From assembly GCA_034428955.1 (NCBI GenBank), contig DAOUGZ010000244.1:1607-65606 (forward strand): a stretch of DNA of 64,000 nt, read 5' to 3'. Below, in pieces: positions 28,629 to 38,630 of this stretch. The notes below the pieces were generated by a model, which searched no databases, was not told the DNA's origin, and was given only the letters and a program-made list of their open reading frames with translations. The stretch's first letter is position 1, and the number at the start of each line of letters is the position of its first letter. The stretch is from Anaerolineae bacterium. Lineage in GTDB: Bacteria; Chloroflexota; Anaerolineae; SpSt-313. Both the position numbers and the translations under genes were made by a program.

Positions 28629-29762
28629 TTAGGCCAGAAGGGCCAGTATGGCACCACCTGCCATAACTGAAGCCAACTGGCCGGCGGTGTTGGACCCCAT
28701 GGCGTGCATGAGCAAAAAGTTGGAGATGTCCTCGTCTTGCCCGACTTTTTGCACAACGCGGGCAGACATCGGGAACGCGGAGATGCCCGAGGCACCGATG
28801 AGCGGGTTGATGCGCCGCCCTGAGAGCACGCACATCACCTTGCCCAGCAGCACGCCGGCTGCAGTGTCGAGGGAGAAGGCGACGACGCCCATGACGATAA
28901 TCAGTATAGTCTGCCACTGCAAAAAGTCGGCGCCGACCATGGTCGAGCCGATGGCCAGGCCCAGGAAGATGGTCGTGACATTGGCCAACTCGTTCTGAGC
29001 AGCCTGGCTCAGGCGCGGTACGACGCCGCTCTCACGCATAAAGTTGCCGAACATGAGCATGCCGATCAGCGGCGTGGCCTTGGGGGCCAGGATGCCCGTG
29101 ACCAGGGTGGTGACGATGGGGAAGAGGATGCGCACCGTCCGGCTCACCGGCTTGGTGACGTAAGGCATCTTGATACGACGCTCTTCCTTTGTGGTCAGCA
29201 GGCGCATGACCGGCGGCTGGATGACCGGCACGAGCGACATGTACGAGTAAGCAGCCACAGCGATGGGACCCAGCAACTTGGGCGCCAGGGTGGCGGCTAC
29301 GTAGATAGAAGTCGGTCCATCGGCTGAGCCGATCATGCCGATGGATGCGGCCTCGCGGAGGGAAAAGCCCATGAGCGTGCAGATCATCATGGTGCCGAAA
29401 ATGCCGAATTGGGCGGCGGCACCGAGGAGCACCATCAACGGGTTCTGGAGCAGTGGCCCAAAGTCGGTCATGGCGCCGATGCCGATAAAGATCAGGCAGG
29501 GAAAGAGCTCGTTGCGTATGCCTACATCGTAGAACAGCCGTAGCAGGCCCGCGGGCTCTTCGCCGCTGGCCGGGGCGAGCATGCCGGTGACCGGGATATT
29601 GGCAAGGATGCAGCCGATGCCCATCGGCACAAGTAGGATGGGTTCGCAATCGTGGACGATGGCAAGATAGAGCATGATGCCACCAACTACCATCATGACC
29701 ACGCTTGGGATGGTCAGCGCCTGGAAGCCGACCAGGATACGACTAAGATCTGTGAGTTCCAT
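28629..29762 (-). CDS. Na+-translocating decarboxylase beta subunit (OadB/MmdB/GcdB family)
   Basis: EP.LL.P.G.G..L.N.P, IFIGIGAMTDFGPL, GAAAQFGIF, ASIG.IG.ADGPT.IY, AAYSYMSLVP.IQPP, GISAFPMSAR, AMG.N.AGQ. Confidence 0.95.
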   Translation of the reverse strand: MELTDLSRILVGFQALTIPSVVMMVVGGIMLYLAIVHDCEPILLVPMGIGCILANIPVTGMLAPASGEEPAGLLRLFYDVGIRNELFPCLIFIGIGAMTDFGPLLQNPLMVLLGAAAQFGIFGTMMICTLMGFSLREAASIGMIGSADGPTSIYVAATLAPKLLGPIAVAAYSYMSLVPVIQPPVMRLLTTKEERRIKMPYVTKPVSRTVRILFPIVTTLVTGILAPKATPLIGMLMFGNFMRESGVVPRLSQAAQNELANVTTIFLGLAIGSTMVGADFLQWQTILIIVMGVVAFSLDTAAGVLLGKVMCVLSGRRINPLIGASGISAFPMSARVVQKVGQDEDISNFLLMHAMGSNTAGQLASVMAGGAILALLA

Positions 29763-29776
29763 TGGTCAGCTCCCAA

Positions 29777-30226
29777 CTATTCGATCACAACAAGCAGGTC
29801 GCCGAATACCACGTTCTCGCCGACCTGCGCTCGCACTTGGCGTACTCTGCCGCTCACCGGCGCCGCGACAGTCATCTCCATCTTCATGGCTTCCAGCGTG
29901 CAGAGGGTTTGCTTCTCTTGCACCTGGTCGCCCTCCTGCACCAGCACAGAGAGGATCTTGCCGGGCATCGGGGCGGTAACCTGCTCACCCTTGCCGCCTG
30001 ATGCAGGCGCTGCAGCGGGCTTTTTCGGCGCCGCGGGCTGAGGAGCCGGGGCGGCGGCAGGCTGTGGCTGCGCAGCCGGTGCCTGGGGCGCAGGCTTGGC
30101 CGTCTGCACCGTATACGCTCGTCCGTTGACGCGCACCTCGATTGGCGTGCCATTGGTCGCGCCCAGATCGTCCACCTCGACGGTGTAGAGCGTGCCGTTT
30201 ACGGTTACTTCAATTCGTTCTGTCAT
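29777..30226 (-). CDS. Biotin carboxyl carrier subunit (MmdC/GcdC/1.3S-like)
   Basis: N-terminal 'VTVNG..Y.VEV' repeats, Ala/Pro linker, APMPG.I, LEAMKME biotinylation motif. Confidence 0.95.
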   Translation of the reverse strand: MTERIEVTVNGTLYTVEVDDLGATNGTPIEVRVNGRAYTVQTAKPAPQAPAAQPQPAAAPAPQPAAPKKPAAAPASGGKGEQVTAPMPGKILSVLVQEGDQVQEKQTLCTLEAMKMEMTVAAPVSGRVRQVRAQVGENVVFGDLLVVIE

Positions 30227-30248
30227 GGATCCCAACCTACCTATCACT

Positions 30249-30596
30249 TCACGACAGGCGCCCGAGAGCTTGCCAGGCGCCTGTACCGGGTGCAAACGTC
30301 ACGACCGTCGTCTTGGGCGCAGGGAAAGTCTCTTTGCGCTGCTGCAGAACGGCCAGGGCTACGGCGATCGCCGCAGCGATCTCTTCCTCGTCATCCTGTG
30401 CGGTTGCTTCGACCTCCGGAAGCGGCCGAACCGGCTGGGCCAGCGGCCCTGCTGTCGTTGCCGGCTTGTCGCGGAAAACTCGCTGCAGTCCGGCGATGAT
30501 CAGCATGAGCCCGCCGAGGGTTACAAAGACCATCGCCATGCCAGCAACCGTGACCAGCACACTCTGACCCAGATCACTCTGTAGAAAACCTGCCAC
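30249..30596 (-). CDS. OadG/MmdD/GcdD-family membrane anchor subunit
   Basis: TM helix (GM..VF..L..L), Pro/Ala linker, EEIAAAIAVAL, C-terminal AWQALGR. GTG start overlaps the end region of the upstream gene. Confidence 0.85.
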   Translation of the reverse strand: MAGFLQSDLGQSVLVTVAGMAMVFVTLGGLMLIIAGLQRVFRDKPATTAGPLAQPVRPLPEVEATAQDDEEEIAAAIAVALAVLQQRKETFPAPKTTVVTFAPGTGAWQALGRLS

Positions 30597-30601
30597 CTTG
30601 C

Positions 30602-32068
30602 CTAATCCTTTCCGATGCGAGAGGCCAACTTCCACAGGGAGACGGCCGGTCGTGCACCATGGCTACCGGGCTGCCCGCCAGCCATCGCGGCTGATGTTGG
30701 CGTTGCCGGCTCCTCGCTCTCCCGGGCGAAACCCTTGGCCCGGCGCTCAAAGAACTCGCGTGCCACCTGCGGGAAGAGGGCGTAAGCGATCACGTCCTCC
30801 TCACTCTGCGCCAGATCGCCGATTTCGGCCTTGGCCTTCTCGTAGCCGGGCTCCAGCATGTCCGCGGGCCGGCACTGGATCGGCTCTTCGTCGCCGATGG
30901 CGAGCTTTTGCAGTTCGGGGTTGATCTTGCCTGGCGGCCGGCCATACAGGCCGCGGATATAGTTCTTGACCTCTTGGGGCACGACCTTGTAGCGTTCGCC
31001 CATGAGAACGTTGAGGGTTGCCTGGGTTCCAACGATTTGGCTGGTTGGCGTCACGAGAGGCGGGTAGCCGAGATCGGCCCGCACATGGGGCATCTCGGCG
31101 AGTACGTCCTGATAGCGGTCCTCGGCCTTTTGTTGGCGCAACTGCGAGACCAGGTTCGAGAGCATGCCACCCGGGATCTGGTAGCGCAGCACGTTGACGT
31201 CGACGCCGTGTAGGCCGCTCTCAAACTTGCCGTACTTGTCCCGTACCTCAGCAAAGTAGGCCGAGATTTCGGAGAGCAGCTCCAGGTCCAGCCCGGTTGC
31301 TCGATCGGTTCCCTCCATCATGTAGACGAAGGGCTCTGTGGGAGGCTGTGAGGTGCTCAGGGCCATGGAGGAGATGGCCGTATCGATGATGTCGGCGCCG
31401 GCCTCGATGGCTTTGAGATAGGTCGCCGTGCCCATACCGCTGGTGTAGTGTGTGTGCACGTGCACGGGCAGGCCCACCTCGGCCTTGAGCCGCTTGACCA
31501 GCTCGTAGGCCGGATAGGGAGCCAAGAGCCCGGCCATGTCTTTGATGCAGATAGAGTCGGCACCCAGGTCGGCAAGTTCCTTGGCCAACTCGACAAAGGC
31601 GTCGAGGCTGTGCACGGGGCTGACCGTATACGAGATGGCCGCCTGGACGTGCCCACCCTCACGCTTGACGACTTCCATGGCATAGGCCATGTTGCGAGTA
31701 TCGTTCAGGGCATCAAAGATGCGAAAGATGTCCACACCGTTTCGCTTGGCGAGGACGATAAAGCGCTCGACGATGTCGTCCGGGTAGTGCCGGTAACCGA
31801 GGATGTTCTGGCCGCGCAGCAGCATCTGGATGGGCGTATGGCGTAGGTGCTTGTGCAGAACGCGCAAGCGCTCCCAGGGATCCTCGTCGAGGAAGCGCAT
31901 GCAGGAGTCAAAAGTAGCGCCACCCCACGCCTCCAATGAAAAGTAACCCACGCGATCCAGCTTGTCGGCAATCGGCACCATGTGCTCAGTACGCATGCGC
32001 GTCGCCAGAAGCGATTGATGGGCATCGCGCAAGCAGGTATCGGTTATCTTGAGAGGTTGTCCGCTCAT
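30602..32068 (-). CDS. Pyruvate/oxaloacetate carboxyltransferase (transcarboxylase 5S / OadA CT domain, no biotin domain)
   Basis: LRDAHQSLLATR, WGGATFD.C.RFL.EDPWERL, MLLRGQN, IKDMAGLL, HVHTHYTSG, QIPGGM.SN, GYPPLVTPTSQIVG.QA; no AMKM domain. Confidence 0.93.
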   Translation of the reverse strand: MSGQPLKITDTCLRDAHQSLLATRMRTEHMVPIADKLDRVGYFSLEAWGGATFDSCMRFLDEDPWERLRVLHKHLRHTPIQMLLRGQNILGYRHYPDDIVERFIVLAKRNGVDIFRIFDALNDTRNMAYAMEVVKREGGHVQAAISYTVSPVHSLDAFVELAKELADLGADSICIKDMAGLLAPYPAYELVKRLKAEVGLPVHVHTHYTSGMGTATYLKAIEAGADIIDTAISSMALSTSQPPTEPFVYMMEGTDRATGLDLELLSEISAYFAEVRDKYGKFESGLHGVDVNVLRYQIPGGMLSNLVSQLRQQKAEDRYQDVLAEMPHVRADLGYPPLVTPTSQIVGTQATLNVLMGERYKVVPQEVKNYIRGLYGRPPGKINPELQKLAIGDEEPIQCRPADMLEPGYEKAKAEIGDLAQSEEDVIAYALFPQVAREFFERRAKGFARESEEPATPTSAAMAGGQPGSHGARPAVSLWKLASRIGKD

Positions 32069-32187
32069 GAACTATTTCCCTCAGGTCAGTTGCATATTCC
32101 TACCACGTAATGCGACTGCGCAACCCTTCTCATAGCTGTGCCTGCTGCTCCAGGTGGCACTAGGCATTACGCAGCACATAGTACGCA

Positions 32188-33738
32188 CTACAACGGCATG
32201 TTCCCATGCTTCTTGTGCGGGTTACTGTCGCGCTTGTTCTGCAGCATCTCTAGCGCGCTGATGAGCTTGGGGCGCGTCTCATGCGGCTCGATTACGTCAT
32301 CGATAAAGCCCCGCGACGCCGCCACGAAGGGGTTGGCGAACTGTTCGCGATACTCGGCTACCAGCCGGGCGCGCGTCGTCGCCGGGTCTGCGGCTGACTC
32401 GATCTGCTTGCGGAAGATGATATTCACCGCACCCTCGGGGCCCATCACCGCAATCTCGGCGTTCGGCCAGGCCAGGTTCGCGTCGCCACGGATGTGCTTC
32501 GAGTTCATCACACAGTAGGCGCCGCCATAGGACTTGCGAGTGATGACGGTTAGCTTGGGCACGGTGGCCTCGCAGTAGGCGAACAGCAGTTGCGCGCCAT
32601 GCCGGATGATACCCCCATGCTCCTGGGCAGTGCCGGGCATAAAGCCGGGTACATCCTCAAAAGTGACCAGGGGGATGTTGAAGCAATCGCAAAAGCGCAC
32701 AAAGCGCGCGCCCTTGACCGAGGCATTGATGTCCAGAACGCCCGCCAGCATCGCCGGCTGGTTGGCGACAACGCCGACGACGCGGCCATTGAGCCGAGCA
32801 AAGCCAACGATGATGTTCTGGGCATAGTGGGCATGCACTTCAAAGAACGAGCCTTCGTCGACGACACGCCGGATAACCTCGTGAGCGTCGTAGGGCTGGT
32901 TGGGCTCTTTGGGGACGAGCGTGTCCAGGTCCGCCGCCATGCGGCCTGCAGAGTCTGTGGGCGCTTTGTAGGGCGGGTCTTCCAGGTTGTTGGCCGGCAG
33001 GTAGCTGAAGAGCTTGCGGATGTTGGCCAGACAAGTTTCTTCGTTGGGCTCAGCAAAATGGGCTACGCCGCTGACCGTAGCGTGAGTCATAGCGCCACCC
33101 AGTTCCTCGAAGGTGACCTCCTCGCCGGTCACGGCGCGGATAACGTCTGGCCCTGTGATGAACATATGGCTGGTGTCTTGGACCATAAAGACAAAGTCGG
33201 TCAGGGCTGGGGAGTATACTGCCCCGCCGGCACACGGCCCCATAATGGCCGACACCTGAGGGACGACACCGGAAGCGAGAGTATTGCGCAGAAAGATGTC
33301 CGCATAGCCGCCGAGGGCATCGACACCTTCCTGAATGCGAGCCCCGCCCGAATCGTTGATGCCGATGATCGGCGCCCCATTCTTCAGTGCCAGGTCCTGG
33401 AGCTTGACGATTTTGGCGGCGTGGGCTGCACCCAGGGAGCCCCCCATGATGGTAAAGTCCTGGGCATAGACGTAGACCAGTCGTCCGTCGATAGCTCCAT
33501 AGCCGGTTACTACACCGTCGCCCAGGGGATGGCTCTTGTCGGCACCGAAGGCTGTCGCCCGGTGCGAGACCAGGGCATCCAACTCTTGGAACGAGCCTGG
33601 ATCCAGCAAGAGTTCCAGGCGTTCGCGAGCGGTGTGCTTGCCCGCTTGGTGCTGCCGGGCGACGCGGTCCTCGCCGCCACCGGCTGCCGCTTCCTCCTTC
33701 ATGCGGCGCAGTTGTGCGATCTTGGGATCAATGCTCAT
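32188..33738 (-). CDS. Acyl-CoA carboxyltransferase (methylmalonyl-CoA decarboxylase alpha / transcarboxylase 12S / PccB family)
   Basis: GK.TARER...[69 protein letters not shown]. Confidence 0.95.
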   Translation of the reverse strand: MSIDPKIAQLRRMKEEAAAGGGEDRVARQHQAGKHTARERLELLLDPGSFQELDALVSHRATAFGADKSHPLGDGVVTGYGAIDGRLVYVYAQDFTIMGGSLGAAHAAKIVKLQDLALKNGAPIIGINDSGGARIQEGVDALGGYADIFLRNTLASGVVPQVSAIMGPCAGGAVYSPALTDFVFMVQDTSHMFITGPDVIRAVTGEEVTFEELGGAMTHATVSGVAHFAEPNEETCLANIRKLFSYLPANNLEDPPYKAPTDSAGRMAADLDTLVPKEPNQPYDAHEVIRRVVDEGSFFEVHAHYAQNIIVGFARLNGRVVGVVANQPAMLAGVLDINASVKGARFVRFCDCFNIPLVTFEDVPGFMPGTAQEHGGIIRHGAQLLFAYCEATVPKLTVITRKSYGGAYCVMNSKHIRGDANLAWPNAEIAVMGPEGAVNIIFRKQIESAADPATTRARLVAEYREQFANPFVAASRGFIDDVIEPHETRPKLISALEMLQNKRDSNPHKKHGNMPL

Positions 33739-33774
33739 GATGCTCCTCGAGTCTGACAGGATGACCGTTACATG

Positions 33775-34278
33775 TTATTGGTCCAGCCCGCCACAGTCCT
33801 GTGCTTCATCAGCGGCTTCGCCCTGGGGCTCCGGTTCCCAAAGCTCCAGCTCGATGCCGGCCTCAGCCAGAAAGCTGCGAGCCAGCTCATCAGGATAAGA
33901 CTGCGCACAGATCACGCGCTCGATTCCGGCGTTGATGATCATCTTGGCGCAGGTCACGCAGGGTTGCAGGGTGACGTATAGTGTGCCCTCTCGGACGGAC
34001 ACGCCATGGAGCGCTGCCTGTAGAAAGGCGTTCTGCTCAGCGTGGAGCGCCCGGCAGATCTCTTGCCGTTGGCCGGAGGGGATGCCGAGTCTCTGCCGCA
34101 GGCAGCCCGTCTCTTCGCAGTGCGGCAGGCCACGCGGTGCGCCGTTGTAGCCCGTAGCCAGGATGCGCTTGTCCAGCACGATCACCGCCCCAACCTGCCG
34201 CCGAAGACAGGTTGAGCGGGTGGCCACGCGATGGGCGATGTCCATGAAATAGTCATCCCAGGATGGGCGATGTGGCAT
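33775..34278 (-). CDS. dCMP deaminase-family zinc deaminase (ComEB-like)
   Basis: RPSWD.YFM, RSTC.RR.VGAVIV, TGYNG.P.G..HC, HAEQNA, PCVTCAK. Confidence 0.93.
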   Translation of the reverse strand: MPHRPSWDDYFMDIAHRVATRSTCLRRQVGAVIVLDKRILATGYNGAPRGLPHCEETGCLRQRLGIPSGQRQEICRALHAEQNAFLQAALHGVSVREGTLYVTLQPCVTCAKMIINAGIERVICAQSYPDELARSFLAEAGIELELWEPEPQGEAADEAQDCGGLDQ

Positions 34279-34282
34279 CTCC

Positions 34283-34909
34283 TCAGACCTCCAACCCCAT
34301 GGGGCGCAACACGTGCTCAACGTACGCCTCAGCCGTGACCGGCATCACCTCGCGCCAGAGTCTGAGCGCCGCCAGTGCATACTGGCGATGCTCCCACTGG
34401 GCGCCCTTGTCCAACCGCTTGGTCAGCCAGTTCATCAGCGACCAAGCGTTGACTGTCCAGATGAACTGCGTGTAGATGCCTGTCCCCAGTACTGCACGGG
34501 CTCGCTCCCTACGCCAACCGGCAGCAACCAGCCGCTCGTAGAGATCGAACGATGCCTCCATGTGGGCACGGTAGGCATCTTGGTCGGCCACATCGGCCGG
34601 CACATAGTAATCGCGCTGGGCCAAGCAGTAGCGAAGGGACATCTCGTTGTAGCTGCCGATGCGATGGCGGAACCACTGACGCGCCACAAAGATCGGGCAC
34701 TTGACGTACCAGCGAAAGACCGAGTGCTCAAAGATAGTGTTGACGCTGGGCTTTCGCCGTATCTCGCGGCGGATCAGGCGTTCGTCGGCCTCCGGGCTCT
34801 TGGCGATGGATTGATAGCAGATCCTCGCCGCACGGATGACCGCGACGTCGCCGCCCATCCACTCTTCGAGTTGGATGAACCCTTTGTCGAGGACGGGCAG
34901 ACGCTCCAA
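34283..34909 (-). CDS. thyX: Flavin-dependent thymidylate synthase ThyX
   Basis: [29 protein letters not shown] (RHRx7S), RE.AR.VL, N...L..W...R....AQWE.R. TTG start at 34909 after AAGGAG. Confidence 0.93.
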   Translation of the reverse strand: MERLPVLDKGFIQLEEWMGGDVAVIRAARICYQSIAKSPEADERLIRREIRRKPSVNTIFEHSVFRWYVKCPIFVARQWFRHRIGSYNEMSLRYCLAQRDYYVPADVADQDAYRAHMEASFDLYERLVAAGWRRERARAVLGTGIYTQFIWTVNAWSLMNWLTKRLDKGAQWEHRQYALAALRLWREVMPVTAEAYVEHVLRPMGLEV

Positions 34910-35041
34910 GACAGCTCCTTTCTCAACAGAAGGCCAGACCCGGCGCCAATGAGAGGGCCCGAGGCGCTCCGTACACACAAAAGAACACAGGCAAAGCCTC
35001 AACGCTTCGCCTGCGTAGGCGAAAGACAGGCGTATGAAAGC

Positions 35042-35375
35042 AAAAAGCTACAAGACGGTGTAGTGCCCCGGCCTTCCGTGCTGGGCACCGATGTCGCAGA
35101 CCCTCTCTGAGAGACTGCTACGCCGGCAGCAGTTCAGCACCCAGGCGCAGCGTGGCGGCCCCCAGAGCCTTGCCGCAACGGTGTAGGGTGTGCAAGAGGG
35201 TCACCAGAATGCGTGCACCGCTGGCGCCGGGGGGCTGCCTTTGCCTGGGACCGCGACGGCCACAATCCCCGGTGCGAACTCGCCGGGAGCAGTCGCCGCC
35301 ACAGCCTTTGGGTGGCTTGCCAAGGCGTGTTCGTCCATCTTGAAGGCACCCAAATCGCCCCACGATGCCATTCTA
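35042..35375 (-). ncRNA. Candidate structured leader/ncRNA (~320 nt) of unknown family upstream of thyX
   Basis: Extended -10 TG-G-TAGAAT (35375-35370), several hairpins, 5'/3' long-range pairing CAAGAUGG/CCGUCUUG and a U5 tract at 35046-35042; no convincing ORF. Confidence 0.3.
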
Positions 35376-35482
35376 CCACAAACAGAAGGTGCTGACGAGT
35401 CATAGGACGAGAACGCAGGGGGGCTAGTCGGGGAAGCATGGGGATACCTCGGAGCGCGCCGCTCGCCAGCGGCGCAGGGCGG

Positions 35483-35965
35483 TTACAGTTCCTCCAACGC
35501 CGCCTTCAGCTTACAGTAGGTATCGGCCAGCAACTCGGGGACGACGCGCACATCGGCGAGCACGGGCATGAAATTGGTGTCGCCTTCCCAGCGAGGGACG
35601 ATGTGTAGATGCACGTGCTCGGCGATGCCTGCCCCCGCGGCGTGCCCTAGGTTGGCCCCGATATTGAACGCTTCGGGAGTCATGGTGCGGCGCAGGGCGG
35701 CCAGGCAACGGTTGGCGAGCAGCATCATCTCTGTGAGGGTCTCGGGGGGCAGGTCCTCCGTGCTGGCTACGTGCGCGTAAGGAATGACCATCAGATGGCC
35801 CGCGTTGTAGGGATAGCGGTTGAGTATTACAAAAGCATGCTTACCGCGAAAGAGGATCAGGTTTTCAGCATCCCGGTCCTGTTCTACAACGAGACAAAAG
35901 ATGCAGTCTTCATGGCGTTCTTCGCTGAGGTATTGCATCCGCCAGGGAGACCAAAGGCGTTTCAT
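35483..35965 (-). CDS. HIT-family hydrolase (FHIT/Ap4A-like)
   Basis: LW.PWR..Y, CIFC, LN.YPYN.GHLM..P..H, N.G..AGAGI..HVHLHIVPRW.GD.NFMP. Confidence 0.93.
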   Translation of the reverse strand: MKRLWSPWRMQYLSEERHEDCIFCLVVEQDRDAENLILFRGKHAFVILNRYPYNAGHLMVIPYAHVASTEDLPPETLTEMMLLANRCLAALRRTMTPEAFNIGANLGHAAGAGIAEHVHLHIVPRWEGDTNFMPVLADVRVVPELLADTYCKLKAALEEL

Positions 35966-35967
35966 GG

Positions 35968-36705
35968 CTACCTGCTTTCACTGTGGCCTTGATTGGCGCG
36001 CACAGAAGAGGGCAGATGCTGTCCGGGCACTTCCTTTGGCGCAAGGACGAGCCCGGTACGCGTCGCGCGTGCGTTCGACCAGTTCAGGCCCAACGCTGCG
36101 ACCACGTCTTCGGGCCGGGCCGCGCCGTGCGGGCCGTGCGCCAGCTCTAGCGCGAGGGCCGGCCGGCCCTCGACCTCTGTGACCTCGGCCCGTAGCACGC
36201 GCGGCCTCAGGTCGAAGCTGACTTGCTTTCCCTTCCGCACTCGCCTGAAGGGCAGGCTCTCGGCGGCCATCAGGCGCTGCACTCGCTCTGTCAGGTCGGC
36301 CGGAGGGGCATGGAAGGAAACGAGATAATTGGCGGCCTCGACCTGTGAGGGCAGAGGCGCTTCGGAAAGCGGCACTGGCTCGATGGCGCACAGACTGATC
36401 CCTGCAGGCAACTCGGCACGCAGGCGCCGGGCCAGGTCGATGAGGTCCATGGGGACGTCCAGAAAGACGTCCAGGAGCTCCTCTTGCCCGTCAAAACCGA
36501 CCGGAAGCGGGGCGGCAACAGACAAGCGCGGGTGCGGGTTGAATCCCTTGCTGTAGGCCAGCGGCGCACCCAGCCGCCGCAGGGCTCGCATCCAGGCGCG
36601 GGTCAGGTCCAGATGCGAGGCGTACTTGGCGCTACCGCTCACGGCAAAGGTGATGCGCAGCCGTTGCTCCGGCGCGGCGCCGTCGGCGTTTGGGCTTATG
36701 GACAT
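35968..36705 (-). CDS. Radical SAM-linked protein (TIGR03936/DUF2344-like)
   Basis: RLRI.F...G..KY.SHLD..R...RALRR...P..YS.GFNPHP....A.PLPVG; overlaps the upstream radical SAM stop. Confidence 0.88.
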   Translation of the reverse strand: MSISPNADGAAPEQRLRITFAVSGSAKYASHLDLTRAWMRALRRLGAPLAYSKGFNPHPRLSVAAPLPVGFDGQEELLDVFLDVPMDLIDLARRLRAELPAGISLCAIEPVPLSEAPLPSQVEAANYLVSFHAPPADLTERVQRLMAAESLPFRRVRKGKQVSFDLRPRVLRAEVTEVEGRPALALELAHGPHGAARPEDVVAALGLNWSNARATRTGLVLAPKEVPGQHLPSSVRANQGHSESR

Positions 36706-38549
36706 TCCCAGACCCCCTTCCCGATCTGCCGGCGTTGGGCGGCAAAGGCTTTGGTCACACCGCAGCGGTGGCATCCGTGCCGGCAGTCTGGGGTGGACTC
36801 TCCTTTCACCGCTCGCTCGTACTCGGCCTGCAAGAAGTCTTTCTCCACGCCGACGGAGATGTGCTCCCAGGGCAGCAGTTCGTCGAGACTGCGCTCGCGG
36901 GCGGCATATTGCTCGATAGTCAGCCCCGCGGCCGTGAATGCCTCCTGCCACACCTCGGGTCGAAAGTGCTCGGCCCAGGCATCAAAGACAGCTCCTCGTC
37001 GCCAGGCGCCTTCGATTACGGCAGCCAGCCGGCGGTCTCCCCGGCCGAGTGCGGCCTCCAGTTGGGTGGTCTTGGGTGCCGTCCAGTTGAACTGCAGCCC
37101 ACGACCGCGCAGCCGGTCCCGCAGCGCGTGCTGCCTGCGATCGACCACGTCCAGGTCCACCAGTGGCATCCATTGGAATGGCGTATGGGGCTTGGGGACA
37201 AAGGTGGAGGTGCTCACGTGCACCTGTGCGCGGCCCCGCCGATAGCGGCGGCCAATATTCAGGACGTCGCGCGACAGGCGAGCGATCTCCAGCACGTCTT
37301 CGTCGGTCTCTGTGGGCAGCCCCAGCATGAAGTAGAGCTTGATTCGGTCCCACCCCTGGCTGTAAGCGGCTTCGGCGGTCTGCAAGAGATCTGCCTCGGT
37401 GACGTTCTTGTTGATCACCGCTCGCAGGCGCTCGCTTCCTGCTTCTGGGGCGAAGGTCAGGCCGCTCTTGCGGGTAGCCTGTACGCGCCTAGCCAGGTCG
37501 ATGGAAAAGGCGTCGATGCGCAGCGAAGGCAAGGAGAACGAGATGTGCTGGGGGGCAAAGCGCTCGACCAAAGCATCGAGGAGCGGCTCGATCTCACTGT
37601 AATCGCTGGAAGAGAGCGATAGCAGCCCGACCTCGTCATAGCCGGTGTTGCGCAGCACCTCGCCCACGGCATCTACTACGTCCTCGGGCCGGCGCTCGCG
37701 CACGGGGCGGTAGATCATGCCTGCCTGGCAGAAGCGACATCCCTCCGTGCAGCCACGCTGGATTTCGATGGCGGCGCGGTCGTGCACGACGTCTAGGAAC
37801 GGCACGACCGGTCGCGTCGTGGGCGGGGGCAGGCAGGCCACTATCCGCTTCAGCACCCGCTCCGGCACGTCAGGCGCTACCGGCGTCACGGCTTCGACTT
37901 TGCCCTCGGCGCTGTAAGCCACCTGGTAGAGGCTGGGCACGTAGACGCCCGGCACACCGGCCGCCCGCCGCAGGAGTTCGGCACGGGAAGCGCCGCGGCC
38001 CTGGCGCGCCACATTGAGCACGTCAAACAGCGCCTCTTCACCCTCGCCGATGACGAACAGGTCAAAGAAGGCAGCCAGCGGCTCCGGATTGTAAGTGGCC
38101 GACCCTCCGGCAATGACCAGCGGATGCCTCTCATCGCGGTCGGCACTGCGGAGCGGTATACCGGCCAAGTCGAGCATCTCCAGTACGTTGGTATAGTTGA
38201 GTTCGTACTGGAGGGTAAAGCCGATGACGTCGAAATCGGCCAGCGAGTGCCGGGTCTCCAGCGAGTAGAGAGGCAGACCTTCGGCTCGCAGAGCCGCCGC
38301 CATGTCCGGCCAAGGCGTATACACACGCTCTGCGAGCATGTCTTCGCGCCGGTTGACCAGGTCGTAGAGGATGGCCAGGCCCAGGTTGGGCATGCCGATC
38401 TCATAGATATCCGGGTAGGCCAGGGCAACCTTGACGCTTACAGTCTCCCAGTCCTTGACGACGGCATTCCATTCGCCGCCCGCATAGCGAGCAGGCTTTT
38501 CCACGGCCGGCAGAATGCGCTCGAGTTGCGCGCCGGGCACAATTGGCAT
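36696..38549 (-). CDS. B12-binding-domain radical SAM protein (TIGR03960-like)
   Basis: V.KP.RY.GGE.N..VK, PD.YEIG..NLG..ILY, GFTLQYE..YTN...MLDL, RGCTEGCRFCQAG (CxxxCxxC), FAPEAGS.RLR.VINK, KPHTPFQW. Confidence 0.9.
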   Translation of the reverse strand: MPIVPGAQLERILPAVEKPARYAGGEWNAVVKDWETVSVKVALAYPDIYEIGMPNLGLAILYDLVNRREDMLAERVYTPWPDMAAALRAEGLPLYSLETRHSLADFDVIGFTLQYELNYTNVLEMLDLAGIPLRSADRDERHPLVIAGGSATYNPEPLAAFFDLFVIGEGEEALFDVLNVARQGRGASRAELLRRAAGVPGVYVPSLYQVAYSAEGKVEAVTPVAPDVPERVLKRIVACLPPPTTRPVVPFLDVVHDRAAIEIQRGCTEGCRFCQAGMIYRPVRERRPEDVVDAVGEVLRNTGYDEVGLLSLSSSDYSEIEPLLDALVERFAPQHISFSLPSLRIDAFSIDLARRVQATRKSGLTFAPEAGSERLRAVINKNVTEADLLQTAEAAYSQGWDRIKLYFMLGLPTETDEDVLEIARLSRDVLNIGRRYRRGRAQVHVSTSTFVPKPHTPFQWMPLVDLDVVDRRQHALRDRLRGRGLQFNWTAPKTTQLEAALGRGDRRLAAVIEGAWRRGAVFDAWAEHFRPEVWQEAFTAAGLTIEQYAARERSLDELLPWEHISVGVEKDFLQAEYERAVKGESTPDCRHGCHRCGVTKAFAAQRRQIGKGVWECP

Positions 38550-38630
38550 AGTGAAACCTCTTGTCGGGTGGATAGCGGACAGTAGACAGCAGGCATAACA
38601 CCCCACTGCCCGCTGTTCACTGCCCATCAT

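Noticed and set aside
35267-35303. Cobalamin-riboswitch-like segment CCCGGTGCGAACTCGCCGGGAGCAGTCGCC on +
   Set aside because: Lacks the preceding GGGAA and the 3' GAGACCTGCC box, and no + strand gene lies downstream.
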